In this document: positions 1-9,938 of the stretch, piece by piece
Position numbering within the stretch: position 1 is the first letter of the stretch
Layout of the letters: every line of letters begins with the position of its first letter
The notes under the pieces: generated by a model
The model's database searches: none
Told to the model about the DNA's origin: nothing
The model's input: the letters and a program-made list of their open reading frames with translations, nothing else
DNA from: Clostridia bacterium
GTDB taxonomy: Bacteria; Bacillota; Clostridia; TANB77; CAG-465
Assembly (NCBI GenBank): GCA_045651205.1
Contig: JAZRSA010000045.1
Location: 1-61,295, forward strand
DNA length: 61,295 nucleotides
Direction of reading: 5' to 3'
Program-made: the position numbers and the translations under genes

Positions 1-356
1 AATATGGAATAAACAATTATAAAATGGTAGATGTAAAAGATTTAATAAATTGGTATATAGATATTCCTATTGTGAAAGGAACAAAAGAAGTATATATAGA
101 TAAATTTGAAATGAAGATTGAACTACCTCTTAAGGAAGATGAAATAGATGAATTATATTTATATGAAAATATAGTTCCTGTGTTAAATGCACCGGTAAAA
201 AAAGGGGAATACTTAGGTAAAATAGGTATTTGTATAGGAAATGAAGAGGTTTTTTCTAAGAAAATATATACCAAAGAAAGTATTCGTAAAAAGAATGTAA
301 AAGATTATTTTGTTTTAGGAATAAAAGGTATCTTTCAAAATGAATATATGAGCTAG
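1..356 (+). CDS. D-alanyl-D-alanine carboxypeptidase, C-terminal part (5'-truncated by window edge)
   Basis: Frame open from base 3 (YGINNY...). APVKKGEYLGKI is typical of the PBP5/Dac C-terminal domain. Confidence 0.75.
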   Translation, partial: YGINNYKMVDVKDLINWYIDIPIVKGTKEVYIDKFEMKIELPLKEDEIDELYLYENIVPVLNAPVKKGEYLGKIGICIGNEEVFSKKIYTKESIRKKNVKDYFVLGIKGIFQNEYMS

Positions 357-426
357 AAAATAGGCTAAATAAATTGACTTATGTGTGTTAGTTAATATAT
401 AATGTGCATAAGAAAGAAGGGATAAA

Positions 427-1422
427 ATGGCGGATATATATTTAACAAAAATTGAAAGAAAAACAATATTTACAAGATCGCTAATATATGTTCTTGTGTT
501 ATTTTTAATAGCAGATTTAACGGTAACAGGTCCGTTTTATTTTAATTTTATTCCTTGGTTGTTTTTGTTTAGTTGCTTTATAAGTTTAAGAGATGTAGAT
601 AAAACATTAACGGGAATAATAGGAACATTTACGGTTCTTATAGCAAGTCTTGTAACATATGGATTAACGGTGGAAACATTATTAGTAACGGCAAACGCAG
701 TAATACAATTAGTATTGGGAATGCTTACGTCTAAAGGTATTTATCAGTTTGTATTAGAACACAGATTAGTAAAATATTTAAGACCAAGAATAAAGGTAAT
801 ATTAATTATTGTTTTGATGGTGTTTTTTGTTGTTGCTATGGCAACTTTAAGTTTTATTGAAGGAGATGTTTTTTCATATCTTAAATCTAAAAACAACTTA
901 TATAAATATATAGAAAAAACATATAACACAGAATATACAGTTAAAGATACAATATTTAACAGACAATATATTGGTAGATATGCGTATGTAGTTGAAATAG
1001 AAAATGAAACTATTCAATTATTACCAAGTTTAATTGGAACTTTTAAAGATATAAACCAACAAGAAAGATTAGAAGCTTTAAATACAGAAATAAGAAATAG
1101 CTCTAAAAAAGAGATTCAAAAAATAATAGAAGATATAAATATTGAAAGTGAAGTAACTGTTGAATTTGAGTATAAATATGCTAAAGTTGGAGTTAAACCA
1201 GATGTGCTATTACTTGAAGTTTCATTAATAGCAGATGATACACCAGCAACATACGATAAAATAGCAAAAATACTGAATGAACTTTTAAAACTAAAATATG
1301 ATGTAACAGATGTTTCGTTAATGTTAAATGGAAGAAGCATACATATAATAAAAGATAATCTAGGGTTAATAACACCGGAATATATATCAGGTGGATTTAA
1401 CATAGAAGATTTAGACGAGTAA
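427..1422 (+). CDS. hypothetical membrane protein
   Basis: 331 aa ORF with about 5 N-terminal hydrophobic segments, RBS gaaggg and an upstream TTGACT..TATAAT promoter. Confidence 0.7.
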   Translation: MADIYLTKIERKTIFTRSLIYVLVLFLIADLTVTGPFYFNFIPWLFLFSCFISLRDVDKTLTGIIGTFTVLIASLVTYGLTVETLLVTANAVIQLVLGMLTSKGIYQFVLEHRLVKYLRPRIKVILIIVLMVFFVVAMATLSFIEGDVFSYLKSKNNLYKYIEKTYNTEYTVKDTIFNRQYIGRYAYVVEIENETIQLLPSLIGTFKDINQQERLEALNTEIRNSSKKEIQKIIEDINIESEVTVEFEYKYAKVGVKPDVLLLEVSLIADDTPATYDKIAKILNELLKLKYDVTDVSLMLNGRSIHIIKDNLGLITPEYISGGFNIEDLDE

Positions 1423-1426
1423 CGAG

Positions 1427-2290
1427 GTGGCTATGGAAAAGAAAGAAAAGAGAATGCCGAAGGAATACGCTGCTATCGTTACATTGTGTATATTCTTTAC
1501 AGTAGTAACAATTGTTGGCGGTATAAGATTATATATGGCAATATCTATGGATAGAGCGAGAGTGGATTTGGAACATATAGATATTATAGAACAAAATACT
1601 AATATAGATATTAATAGAATGAATCTTGCAATATCTAATACTATTGAAGAACAGTATGGTATGGATGTTAATTATGGTGAAGATGTTAATGCAGTAAGTG
1701 TAAACGCTACAAATATAACAGATAACTCTAAAATATTTAATATGTTAAGAGATTTAGCGGCAGCACTAACTAAATATCCTAAAGGATTAATTAAAGAGAT
1801 AGAAGCTAGTGGATATATGGTTAGTATTCATTTAGTAGACGCTTTTACAAATAACATAGAAGCATTAGCAAACAGAAATTCAATTGGTCAATTTAATATA
1901 TATATGAGTAACAACCTAGATATAGAAAGAGCGTTTCATCATGAGTTTTATCATATTTTGGATTATTATATAAAACTTGAAACAGCTGAAAGATATGCAT
2001 TATGGAATAAATATAACCCTAATGGTTTTAGATATACGAATAATGTGTTAGAGTTAAACAGTAAATATGTATATAATGGACAAAGAGGCGCATATTTTGT
2101 AACAACTTATGCAAAATATTCGGAAAAAGAAGATAGAGCAGAAACGTTTGCAGAAATGATGACTGCAAATAAAATGGAAGTGTTCTTTAATGATGGAGAA
2201 CATATAAAATCAAAGATAAATTTAATAATACAAGTGCTTAGAGAGTCATTTGTAACAGTTAAAAACGAAGAAAGTTTAGCGTGGGAATAA
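1427..2290 (+). CDS. membrane-anchored putative zinc metallopeptidase
   Basis: N-terminal TM helix, HExxH motif (HHEFYH) and downstream EDRAETF. Confidence 0.65.
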   Translation: MAMEKKEKRMPKEYAAIVTLCIFFTVVTIVGGIRLYMAISMDRARVDLEHIDIIEQNTNIDINRMNLAISNTIEEQYGMDVNYGEDVNAVSVNATNITDNSKIFNMLRDLAAALTKYPKGLIKEIEASGYMVSIHLVDAFTNNIEALANRNSIGQFNIYMSNNLDIERAFHHEFYHILDYYIKLETAERYALWNKYNPNGFRYTNNVLELNSKYVYNGQRGAYFVTTYAKYSEKEDRAETFAEMMTANKMEVFFNDGEHIKSKINLIIQVLRESFVTVKNEESLAWE

Positions 2291-4002
2291 CGGAGGAAAA
2301 AGTGGTAGGATTAAACGAATTAAAATATGTAGATACACCAGCTAGATATACAGGTGGAGAAGCAAGGCAGGTAATAAAAAATAAATATCAAGTAACTACT
2401 AGAGTTGCACTTGCGGTGCCAACTATGTATGAACTTGGTTTTTCAAATGAAAATTTAAAAAAGCTATATTACACTTTAAATATACGAAGAGATTGTTGGG
2501 CAGAAAGAGTTTTTGCTCCAATGACAGATTTTGAAGCGTTAATTAGAAATAAAGATGAAAAATTGTATACATTGGAATCCAAAACACCTCTTAGAGATAT
2601 GGATGTAATTATGTTTATGATACCTAATGTATTAATGTATACTAATGTTTTAAATATGCTAAATATGGGAGGAATACCTTGTTTAAGAGAAAGAAGAAAA
2701 GAAGGGTTCCCACTTGTAATAGCTACCGGTGAAGCAGTGCTAAATCCAAAACCAATGGATGATTTTGTAGACTTGTATATAATAGGTGAACCAAACAAAG
2801 TAATAAACGAGGTTATGGATGCGTATAAACGCGCTAAAGAATCATTTAATATAACAAAAACTGAAATGCTTGAATCAATGAAATATATACCAGGTGTATA
2901 TATTCCTGATGTGACAGATGATGATCAAATTGTAGAAATGGTATATGAAAATATTTCAGATGAACAATATATTAAAAATTATGTTGTTTCATCTATACCA
3001 GTTGCAGAAAATAAATCGTTAATAACTCTAACTAAAGGTTGTAATAGAGAGTGCTTAAATTGCCAAAAAAGATATATATATAACACAATGCAAAATGTAG
3101 GAGTAGAAAAAACGATAATAAAGGCTCAGAAAATGATGGATGCAACAGGAAATTTGGATATTATGCTAGAATCTAACTGCTATGCAGATTATACTGGCTA
3201 TCCTGAAATTATATATAGGCTTAAAGATATAGAAAAACCTAAAATGAAAACAGTATCTTTTAAAGATATCAAAATAGACAGAGATAATCTTTGGATATTG
3301 AAACATTTAGACACAGAGGGAAATTATCCAACAATAATGGTTGGAGCTGCAACAGAAAAATTAAGAAATAAAATAGGGGTTTGGATAAATGAATACGATG
3401 TATTAGATGTTGCAAGAGAAATCTTCAAGATAGGTTTTGACAAAGTCCGTTTAGAATATGTTTTAGGTATTCCTGGTGAAAATTATGAAGACTTTAAAGT
3501 AATGTTAGATACCGCTAATAAGGTGTGTGATGTGTATAGAGAGGTGTATGCAAAAACACCAGATAAATATATCGTGGAAATAAAACTAACTAATTTTATA
3601 GCTAGATCACATACACCGTCTGCGTGGTGTGCTATAAATAATTCTGAAAATATAGAAATAAAAACAAAATATATTTTAGAAAAGAATAAAAATCAAGATG
3701 TAGTTATCAACAACGAAGACGGCAAACAAACAGAAATTGCAACAATGCTTTCAAGAGGCGGCCGTGAACTTGGACAAGTTATATATGAAGCATGGAAGCA
3801 AGGAGCTAAATTTGATATGTTGCCAAATGTTTTTGATAAAGAAAATTGGCAAGTTGGACTTACTAAAAACGGAATTGAACTTAAGAAATATCTAGAAGAA
3901 CAAAATGATAAACTATGTTTCCCTTGGGATAATATTAGAGTTGGAACAAGTACAGAAGAACTAAGGAGAATATATTTAAATAGAATAAAACATATGGAGT
4001 AA
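2281..4002 (+). CDS. TIGR03960-like B12-binding radical SAM protein (divergent)
   Basis: PARYTGGE, ERVFAP..DFE, LYTLES.TPL, CxxxCxxC (CNRECLNC) and C-terminal FPWD. Confidence 0.8.
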   Translation: MGITEEKVVGLNELKYVDTPARYTGGEARQVIKNKYQVTTRVALAVPTMYELGFSNENLKKLYYTLNIRRDCWAERVFAPMTDFEALIRNKDEKLYTLESKTPLRDMDVIMFMIPNVLMYTNVLNMLNMGGIPCLRERRKEGFPLVIATGEAVLNPKPMDDFVDLYIIGEPNKVINEVMDAYKRAKESFNITKTEMLESMKYIPGVYIPDVTDDDQIVEMVYENISDEQYIKNYVVSSIPVAENKSLITLTKGCNRECLNCQKRYIYNTMQNVGVEKTIIKAQKMMDATGNLDIMLESNCYADYTGYPEIIYRLKDIEKPKMKTVSFKDIKIDRDNLWILKHLDTEGNYPTIMVGAATEKLRNKIGVWINEYDVLDVAREIFKIGFDKVRLEYVLGIPGENYEDFKVMLDTANKVCDVYREVYAKTPDKYIVEIKLTNFIARSHTPSAWCAINNSENIEIKTKYILEKNKNQDVVINNEDGKQTEIATMLSRGGRELGQVIYEAWKQGAKFDMLPNVFDKENWQVGLTKNGIELKKYLEEQNDKLCFPWDNIRVGTSTEELRRIYLNRIKHME

Positions 4003-4016
4003 TATAAGGAGTAAAA

Positions 4017-4463
4017 ATGAAAGTATTAGCAACAAATAGAGAATTAAACTTTAAATATGAAGTACTAGAAACATATACTTGTGGAATAGAATTAAAAGGC
4101 ACAGAAGTTAAATCTGTAAGACAAGCAAAAGTAAATCTAAAAGATGGATTTGCACTTATAGAAAAGGGCGAAGTTTGGCTTAAGAATGTTTACATTGCTC
4201 ATTATGAACAAGGAAATAGAAATAATGTGGATGAAATGAGAAATAGAAAACTTCTTATGCATAAAGAGGAAATTTCAAGACTTTTAGGAAAAGTAACACA
4301 AGGCGGGTTTACACTTGTTCCGTATAAAATGGGATTTGAACATGGATATGTTAAAGTAGAATTAGCACTGTGCAAAGGTAAAAAATTATATGATAAACGT
4401 GAAAGCATAAAAGAAAGAGATGCTAAACTTAAAATAGCACAGGCAATGAAAAATAACATATAG
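4017..4463 (+). CDS. smpB: SsrA-binding protein
   Basis: GIELKGTEVKSVR, RKLLMHK and GKKLYDKRE motifs. Confidence 0.97.
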   Translation: MKVLATNRELNFKYEVLETYTCGIELKGTEVKSVRQAKVNLKDGFALIEKGEVWLKNVYIAHYEQGNRNNVDEMRNRKLLMHKEEISRLLGKVTQGGFTLVPYKMGFEHGYVKVELALCKGKKLYDKRESIKERDAKLKIAQAMKNNI

Positions 4464-4475
4464 GATGTATATATT

Positions 4476-5327
4476 ATGATGAAAAGATTTAGAAAGATAT
4501 ATGTAGAAATAACAAATATTTGTAATATGCATTGTAGCTTTTGTCCCGAAACAAGCAGGGCAAAGGCTTTTATGTCTAAAGATAAATTTGAATATATTGC
4601 AAAAGAAATAGTAAAGTATACAGATTATGTATATTTACATGTAAAGGGAGAACCGTTAATACATAAAGAATTAGAAGATATACTTAACATATGTAATAAA
4701 TATGAGCTTAAGATAAACATATCTACAAATGGTACAATGTTAAAAGATAAAAAAGATATAATTAAAAATGCTAATATACGTCAATTAAATTTATCTTTAC
4801 ATAGTTTTGAAAAAGATGAAAACACTAGTGAAGAAGAATTAGAAAAGCTAAGTAGTTATATAGAAAATGTAGTTAGTATTTCTAATGAGTTGGCAGATAA
4901 CGGTACAATCATAAGATATAAACTATGGAATCAAACAAAGAGTTCTAATAAAGAAATATTGGAATATCTAGAAAGTGTGTATGATGTAAATCTTGTGAAT
5001 GAACCATATGAAAGAGATAAAAAGTTAAGAGAAAATGTTTTCTTAAGTATAAAAACACCTTTTGAATGGCCAGATTTAAAGAAAGAAAATGAAAATGAAA
5101 AAGGAACATGTTATGGACTTAAAGCGCAAATAGCAATACTTGTGGATGGAACTGTAGTACCATGTTGTGTAGATAATAATGGCGATATTCCTTTAGGAAA
5201 TATATTTGATGACACACTTGAAAATATATTAAATAGCAAAAGAGCACAGGATATAATTCAAGGGTTTAAGGACAATAAATGTGTAGAAGAACTTTGTAAA
5301 AAGTGTGAGTATAGAGATACTGTATGA
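4476..5327 (+). CDS. radical SAM/SPASM domain protein
   Basis: EITNICNMHCSFC, GEPL, and C-terminal DGTVVPCC...LGNI...CKKC. Confidence 0.9.
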   Translation: MMKRFRKIYVEITNICNMHCSFCPETSRAKAFMSKDKFEYIAKEIVKYTDYVYLHVKGEPLIHKELEDILNICNKYELKINISTNGTMLKDKKDIIKNANIRQLNLSLHSFEKDENTSEEELEKLSSYIENVVSISNELADNGTIIRYKLWNQTKSSNKEILEYLESVYDVNLVNEPYERDKKLRENVFLSIKTPFEWPDLKKENENEKGTCYGLKAQIAILVDGTVVPCCVDNNGDIPLGNIFDDTLENILNSKRAQDIIQGFKDNKCVEELCKKCEYRDTV

Positions 5328-5332
5328 TGAAG

Positions 5333-5360
5333 AAGAGAGCGTAGCAATGCTCTCTTTTTT
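5333..5360 (+). terminator. intrinsic terminator
   Basis: aagagagcg-tagcaa-tgctctctt followed by a T run. Confidence 0.8.
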
Positions 5361-5389
5361 GTGTTTAGTATATATGTTTTAACCTTAAC

Positions 5390-5418
5390 TTGACATAACA
5401 AAAATCGTAGTGTATAAT
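5390..5418 (+). promoter_or_regulatory. sigmaA promoter
   Basis: Perfect TTGACA-17-TATAAT. Confidence 0.8.
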
Positions 5419-5518
5419 TCTATCGGCAGATTTGGAGCTATCTAGCAAACTTACTAGATAGGAGCTACTAGGGAAACCTATTTATATATTAATTAATAAG
5501 ACAAAAGGAGACATATAG

Positions 5519-6952
5519 ATGAAAAGGTATGATTTAATCGTTGTAGGCGCAGGGCCTTCCGGAATCTTCCTTTGCTACGAATTCATGAAAAGAAAGCCTG
5601 GTGCAAAGGTTCTCTTGATTGATCAAGGTAGACGGGTAGAGAAAAGAGTATGCCCTGTGGCAAGCGGTGGCAAGTGCATAAAGTGCAAACCGTTTTGCCA
5701 TATCACAAATGGTTTTTCCGGTGCGGGAGCTTTCTCGGACGGAAAACTGAGTCTTTATGACCATGAGGACGAAGAAATTCGTGTTGGTGGTTCAGTACAA
5801 GAATATCTTGGCGTGGAGTACACTAAGGAACTCATAGACTATACGGATGGTATTTACCTGGATTTTGGTGCAGATACCAGACTTGAGGGTGTATCGGATT
5901 CTGAGACTATTAACGCATACAAGGAACGTGCAAGAAAGTATGGCGTTGACCTTATTTCTATTCCTATCAGACACTTAGGAACAGAAAAGTCTCATGAATT
6001 GTATAAGGCTATGCAGGATGAACTTGAAAGACTCGGCGTAGAAATCCTTATGGAAACCGTAGTAGAGGATCTTATGGTAAAGGATGGCGCGGTAACTGGT
6101 GTCATGACACATAGCTCGAATCTGGATACCTTTAAGGAAACGTACTACGGAGACAAGGTGGTTATTGCTGTGGGCCGCAAGGGAGCTAAGTGGCTTTCTG
6201 AGATGTGTGCAAAGCACGGCATCAAAAACAGATCAGGTGTTGTAGACATCGGTATTCGTTACGAGCTTCCTGACCACATTATGGCTGAAGTCAACAAAGC
6301 AATGTACGAAGCAAAGTTTGTTGCAAGACCTAAGCCTTATGAAGATAAGGTAAGAACTTTCTGTCAGAATCCTAGCGGATTTGTATCCGCAGAAGTATAT
6401 GATGGAGGCCTTACACTTGTTAATGGTCACTCGTACAAGGAAAAGAAGAGCAACAATACCAACCTTGCCATTCTCTGTTCTCATCACTTCAGTTATCCCT
6501 TTGACCAGCCGCTTCTTTACGGAAGAAACATTGCCAAAAACTCCAATCTGCTGGCAAATGGACAGGTACTGGTACAAAGACTGGGTGACATTTTGAGTGG
6601 ACATAGAACGCACGAGTATTGGCTTAAGAAGAACAGTGTTGAGCCTACGCTTAAGACTGCTGTAGCAGGTGATGTAACGCAAGCTTTGGGCTACAGAACT
6701 ATGACCAACATTTTGGAGTTCATTCGTATGGTGGACAATATTGTTCCTGGTTTTGCAAGTTCAGACAATCTTCTTTATTCGCCGGAAATCAAATTCTATT
6801 CTAATGAGATTATCATTGATAGTAATTTTGAAACCAGTGTACAGGGTCTGTATTCTATTGGAGATGGTGGTGGACTTACTCGCGGACTTATGCAAGCATC
6901 TGTTTCTGGGGTGCATCTTGCAAGAGTTCTTACTAAGGACATCGAGTCTTAA
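5519..6952 (+). CDS. NAD(P)/FAD-dependent oxidoreductase (GC-richer than its neighbours)
   Basis: VVGAGPSG, GAGAFSDGKL, RHLGTE, VRTFCQNP and GDGGGLTRGL motifs. Confidence 0.9.
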   Translation: MKRYDLIVVGAGPSGIFLCYEFMKRKPGAKVLLIDQGRRVEKRVCPVASGGKCIKCKPFCHITNGFSGAGAFSDGKLSLYDHEDEEIRVGGSVQEYLGVEYTKELIDYTDGIYLDFGADTRLEGVSDSETINAYKERARKYGVDLISIPIRHLGTEKSHELYKAMQDELERLGVEILMETVVEDLMVKDGAVTGVMTHSSNLDTFKETYYGDKVVIAVGRKGAKWLSEMCAKHGIKNRSGVVDIGIRYELPDHIMAEVNKAMYEAKFVARPKPYEDKVRTFCQNPSGFVSAEVYDGGLTLVNGHSYKEKKSNNTNLAILCSHHFSYPFDQPLLYGRNIAKNSNLLANGQVLVQRLGDILSGHRTHEYWLKKNSVEPTLKTAVAGDVTQALGYRTMTNILEFIRMVDNIVPGFASSDNLLYSPEIKFYSNEIIIDSNFETSVQGLYSIGDGGGLTRGLMQASVSGVHLARVLTKDIES

Positions 6953-6960
6953 ACGCACGA

Positions 6961-6990
6961 AAAAGGGTTAGCAAATGCTAGCCCTTTTTT
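6961..6990 (+). terminator. intrinsic terminator
   Basis: aaaagggttagc-aaat-gctagcccttttt. Confidence 0.8.
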
Positions 6991-7115
6991 AAGCCTTTTT
7001 AAGGCTCTTTTTTTATGCCATTTTCCTTGCAAAATATAGCGAAATATAGTATAATTAAATAGTGTATAATTAAAGGCCTTATTGCGCCTAATTGTATGAC
7101 GTTTTCGGAGGAAAA

Positions 7116-7904
7116 ATGAAACGATTTATAAACGATATTAAGAAATATTATAAATATACAATATATGCTGCAAAAGCAGAATTAAAATCTGAAGTTGCAG
7201 GATCATATCTAGGATGGATGTGGTGGTTCTTAGAACCATTTTGCTTTATGCTAATATATGCATTTTTATGTATGTATATATTTAATGCGAAAGAAGATTA
7301 TATTTTAGCTTTCGTATTTATAGGAAACACAATATGGACATTTATTAATAAATGCTTAACAGCATCTGTAAAAACAATATCTTCAAATAAGAATATAGTA
7401 ACTAAAGTATACTTACCAAAATTTGTACTTGTAATAGTTAAACTTTTAGTTAACTTCTTTAAACTATTAATATCTTTGGTGATAGTAGCGGGGATAATGT
7501 TAATATATAAAGTTCCGTTAGGGTTTATGATGTTAGAAATGATACCAATACTTATTTTGTTATTTATATTAACTTTTGGTGTATGTGTAATATTATCTAA
7601 CTACGGAGTGTTCTTTGAAGATTTAGTAAACATCGTAAACATATTACTTAAGTTTACATTCTACTTCTCAGGTATATTCTATTCTGTGTCTACTAGAATA
7701 CCAGCACCATATGGAAAGATACTTGCAAGGGTAAATCCAGCAGCATTTTTAATTGAACAATCTAGAGATGTTTTATTAAGAGGAAATCATATAAATCTAG
7801 AATGGTTTGCAATATGGTTTGTAATTGGAATTGTAATTTCAATAATAGGAGTTAGACTGGTATACAAAAATGAAAACGACTATGTAAAGGTAATGAACGG
7901 GTGA
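7116..7904 (+). CDS. tagG: teichoic acid/polysaccharide ABC exporter permease
   Basis: SYLGWMWWFLEP, ABC-2 permease topology, RBS ggagg before ATG at 7116, cluster context. Confidence 0.8.
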   Translation: MKRFINDIKKYYKYTIYAAKAELKSEVAGSYLGWMWWFLEPFCFMLIYAFLCMYIFNAKEDYILAFVFIGNTIWTFINKCLTASVKTISSNKNIVTKVYLPKFVLVIVKLLVNFFKLLISLVIVAGIMLIYKVPLGFMMLEMIPILILLFILTFGVCVILSNYGVFFEDLVNIVNILLKFTFYFSGIFYSVSTRIPAPYGKILARVNPAAFLIEQSRDVLLRGNHINLEWFAIWFVIGIVISIIGVRLVYKNENDYVKVMNG

Positions 7905-8653
7905 TAGTCATGGGGAATAAAAAGAAATATGCAATATCTGTAAAGAACTTACATATATGCTATAGAAATATAAAAAAGACTTCTATAAGAAAAGCTTTCT
8001 TAAAGAAACAACCAAAGGTAGAATACTTTGAAGCTGTTAAAGGTGTAAGCTTTGATATAGAACAAGGAAAGATAGTTGGTATAGTTGGTAAAAACGGAAG
8101 TGGTAAATCTACTATGCTTAAAGCTATAGCTGGAATATTCTCAGCAGATAAAGGAACAATTAATTTATATGATAATACAATTTCACTTTTATCTATAGGA
8201 GTTGGCTTCCAACCAAAACTTACTGGATATGAAAACATATTCTTATCTGGTATGCTTCTAGGATTTAGTGAAGAAGAGATAAAAGAGAAAGTAGATAGTA
8301 TTATAGAATTCTCTGAACTTGGAAAAGCAATACATAAACCAGTTAGAGCTTATTCAAGCGGTATGTATTCTAAACTTGCTTTCTCAATAACAGCAATACT
8401 TGAAACAGATATCCTTTTAATAGATGAAGTATTTAGTGTTGGAGATATCAAGTTTAAAGAGAAGAGCTATAACAAGATGAAAGAGCTTATCTCTAAAGAA
8501 GATAGAACAGTTGTTATAGTTTCGCATAGTATGAATGCATTAAAAGAACTATGTAATGAAATAATTTGGTTAAACGATGGTGTAATAATGGATCAAGGCG
8601 CACCAGAAGATATAATACCAAAATATGAAGAATATATGAGAAATTTAGATTAA
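7901..8653 (+). CDS. tagH: teichoic acid ABC exporter ATPase
   Basis: GKNGSGKST, YSSGM and LLIDE..SVGD motifs. Confidence 0.85.
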   Translation: MIVMGNKKKYAISVKNLHICYRNIKKTSIRKAFLKKQPKVEYFEAVKGVSFDIEQGKIVGIVGKNGSGKSTMLKAIAGIFSADKGTINLYDNTISLLSIGVGFQPKLTGYENIFLSGMLLGFSEEEIKEKVDSIIEFSELGKAIHKPVRAYSSGMYSKLAFSITAILETDILLIDEVFSVGDIKFKEKSYNKMKELISKEDRTVVIVSHSMNALKELCNEIIWLNDGVIMDQGAPEDIIPKYEEYMRNLD

Positions 8654-8670
8654 TATAAAGGGGTTTTAAT

Positions 8671-9921
8671 ATGGGTAAATTAAAGAATAAAGTAATGGAT
8701 GCAGCAAAGAAAAATGTAGTACTTAGAGTGGTAACTAAAAAAAGCTTAAAGGCATATAGAACGCTAAGATACTTTGGATACTATTTAACAAATAAAGTAT
8801 CAGATAAAACAATAGTATTTGAAAGTTTTATGGGAAGGACATTCTCAGATAGCCAAAAAGCGCTATATAAAGAAATGTTAAAAGATGAATTCTTTAAAGA
8901 CTATACATTCATATGGGCATTTAAAGATGTAGAGAATTATAAACATCTTGAAGAAAACAAAAATACAAAAGTAGTTAAATATGGTTCTAAAGAATTTATG
9001 AAATGTATGGCTAAGGCTAAATGGTGGATTACAAATTCTAGATTACCAGAATATTTAATAAAGAAAAAATCTCAAAAATATATTCAATGTTGGCATGGAA
9101 CACCACTAAAAAGACTTGGATTTGATATTGAAGTTGAAGGTGGAAATGCACTTAATACATTAAAAGAAATAAAAGAAAAGTATGAAGATGATGCTAAAAG
9201 ATACGACTATATGTTATCTCCATCAGCATTCTGTACTGAAAAATTTGCATCAGCATTTAATCTTAAAAAATTAAAGAAAGAAGATGTAATAGTAGAACTT
9301 GGATATCCAAGAAATGATTATTTGTTTAATCATACAGAGGAAGATGTAGTTAAACTAAAAAATGAATTAGGTATACCTCTAGATAAAAAAGTTATATTAT
9401 ATGCTCCAACTTGGAGAGATAACCAACATCAAGCTGGTGTAGGATATACATATGACTTAAATCTAGACTTTGACAGATTAAAAGAAAAATTAAGTGATGA
9501 GTATGTAATCATATTTAGAACACATTATTTTGTTGCAAGTCAGTTTAATTTTGATAAATATAAAGGATTTATATTTAATATGTCAAATCACGATGATGTA
9601 AATGAATGTTACATACTAAGTGATATCATAATAACAGACTACTCAAGTGTATTCTTTGATTACGCAAACTTAAAAAGACCTATGTTATTCTATATGTATG
9701 ACTTAGATGAATACCAAGGAAAACTTAGAGATTTCTACTTTGGACTAGATGAACTTCCAGGACCAATTGTGAAAACTCAAGATGAACTTGAAAATGAAAT
9801 ATTAAATATTAAAGATTATGATAAGAAATTTGGAGATAAATATACAACATTTACAAATAGATTCACATATTTAGATAGTGGAGATTGTAGTAAGAGAGTA
9901 ATAGAAAAAATATTTAAATAG
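8671..9921 (+). CDS. tagF: CDP-glycerol glycerophosphotransferase (TagF family)
   Basis: QCWHGTPLK, GYPRND, LYAPTWRD and TDYSSVFFDY motifs. Confidence 0.85.
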   Translation: MGKLKNKVMDAAKKNVVLRVVTKKSLKAYRTLRYFGYYLTNKVSDKTIVFESFMGRTFSDSQKALYKEMLKDEFFKDYTFIWAFKDVENYKHLEENKNTKVVKYGSKEFMKCMAKAKWWITNSRLPEYLIKKKSQKYIQCWHGTPLKRLGFDIEVEGGNALNTLKEIKEKYEDDAKRYDYMLSPSAFCTEKFASAFNLKKLKKEDVIVELGYPRNDYLFNHTEEDVVKLKNELGIPLDKKVILYAPTWRDNQHQAGVGYTYDLNLDFDRLKEKLSDEYVIIFRTHYFVASQFNFDKYKGFIFNMSNHDDVNECYILSDIIITDYSSVFFDYANLKRPMLFYMYDLDEYQGKLRDFYFGLDELPGPIVKTQDELENEILNIKDYDKKFGDKYTTFTNRFTYLDSGDCSKRVIEKIFK

Positions 9922-9938
9922 TCATAAATGGTGAAAAA

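Noticed and set aside
4017..4475. tmRNA (ssrA) next to smpB
   Set aside because: Only 12 nt separate smpB from the next gene, and no tmRNA-like ends were seen in the window.
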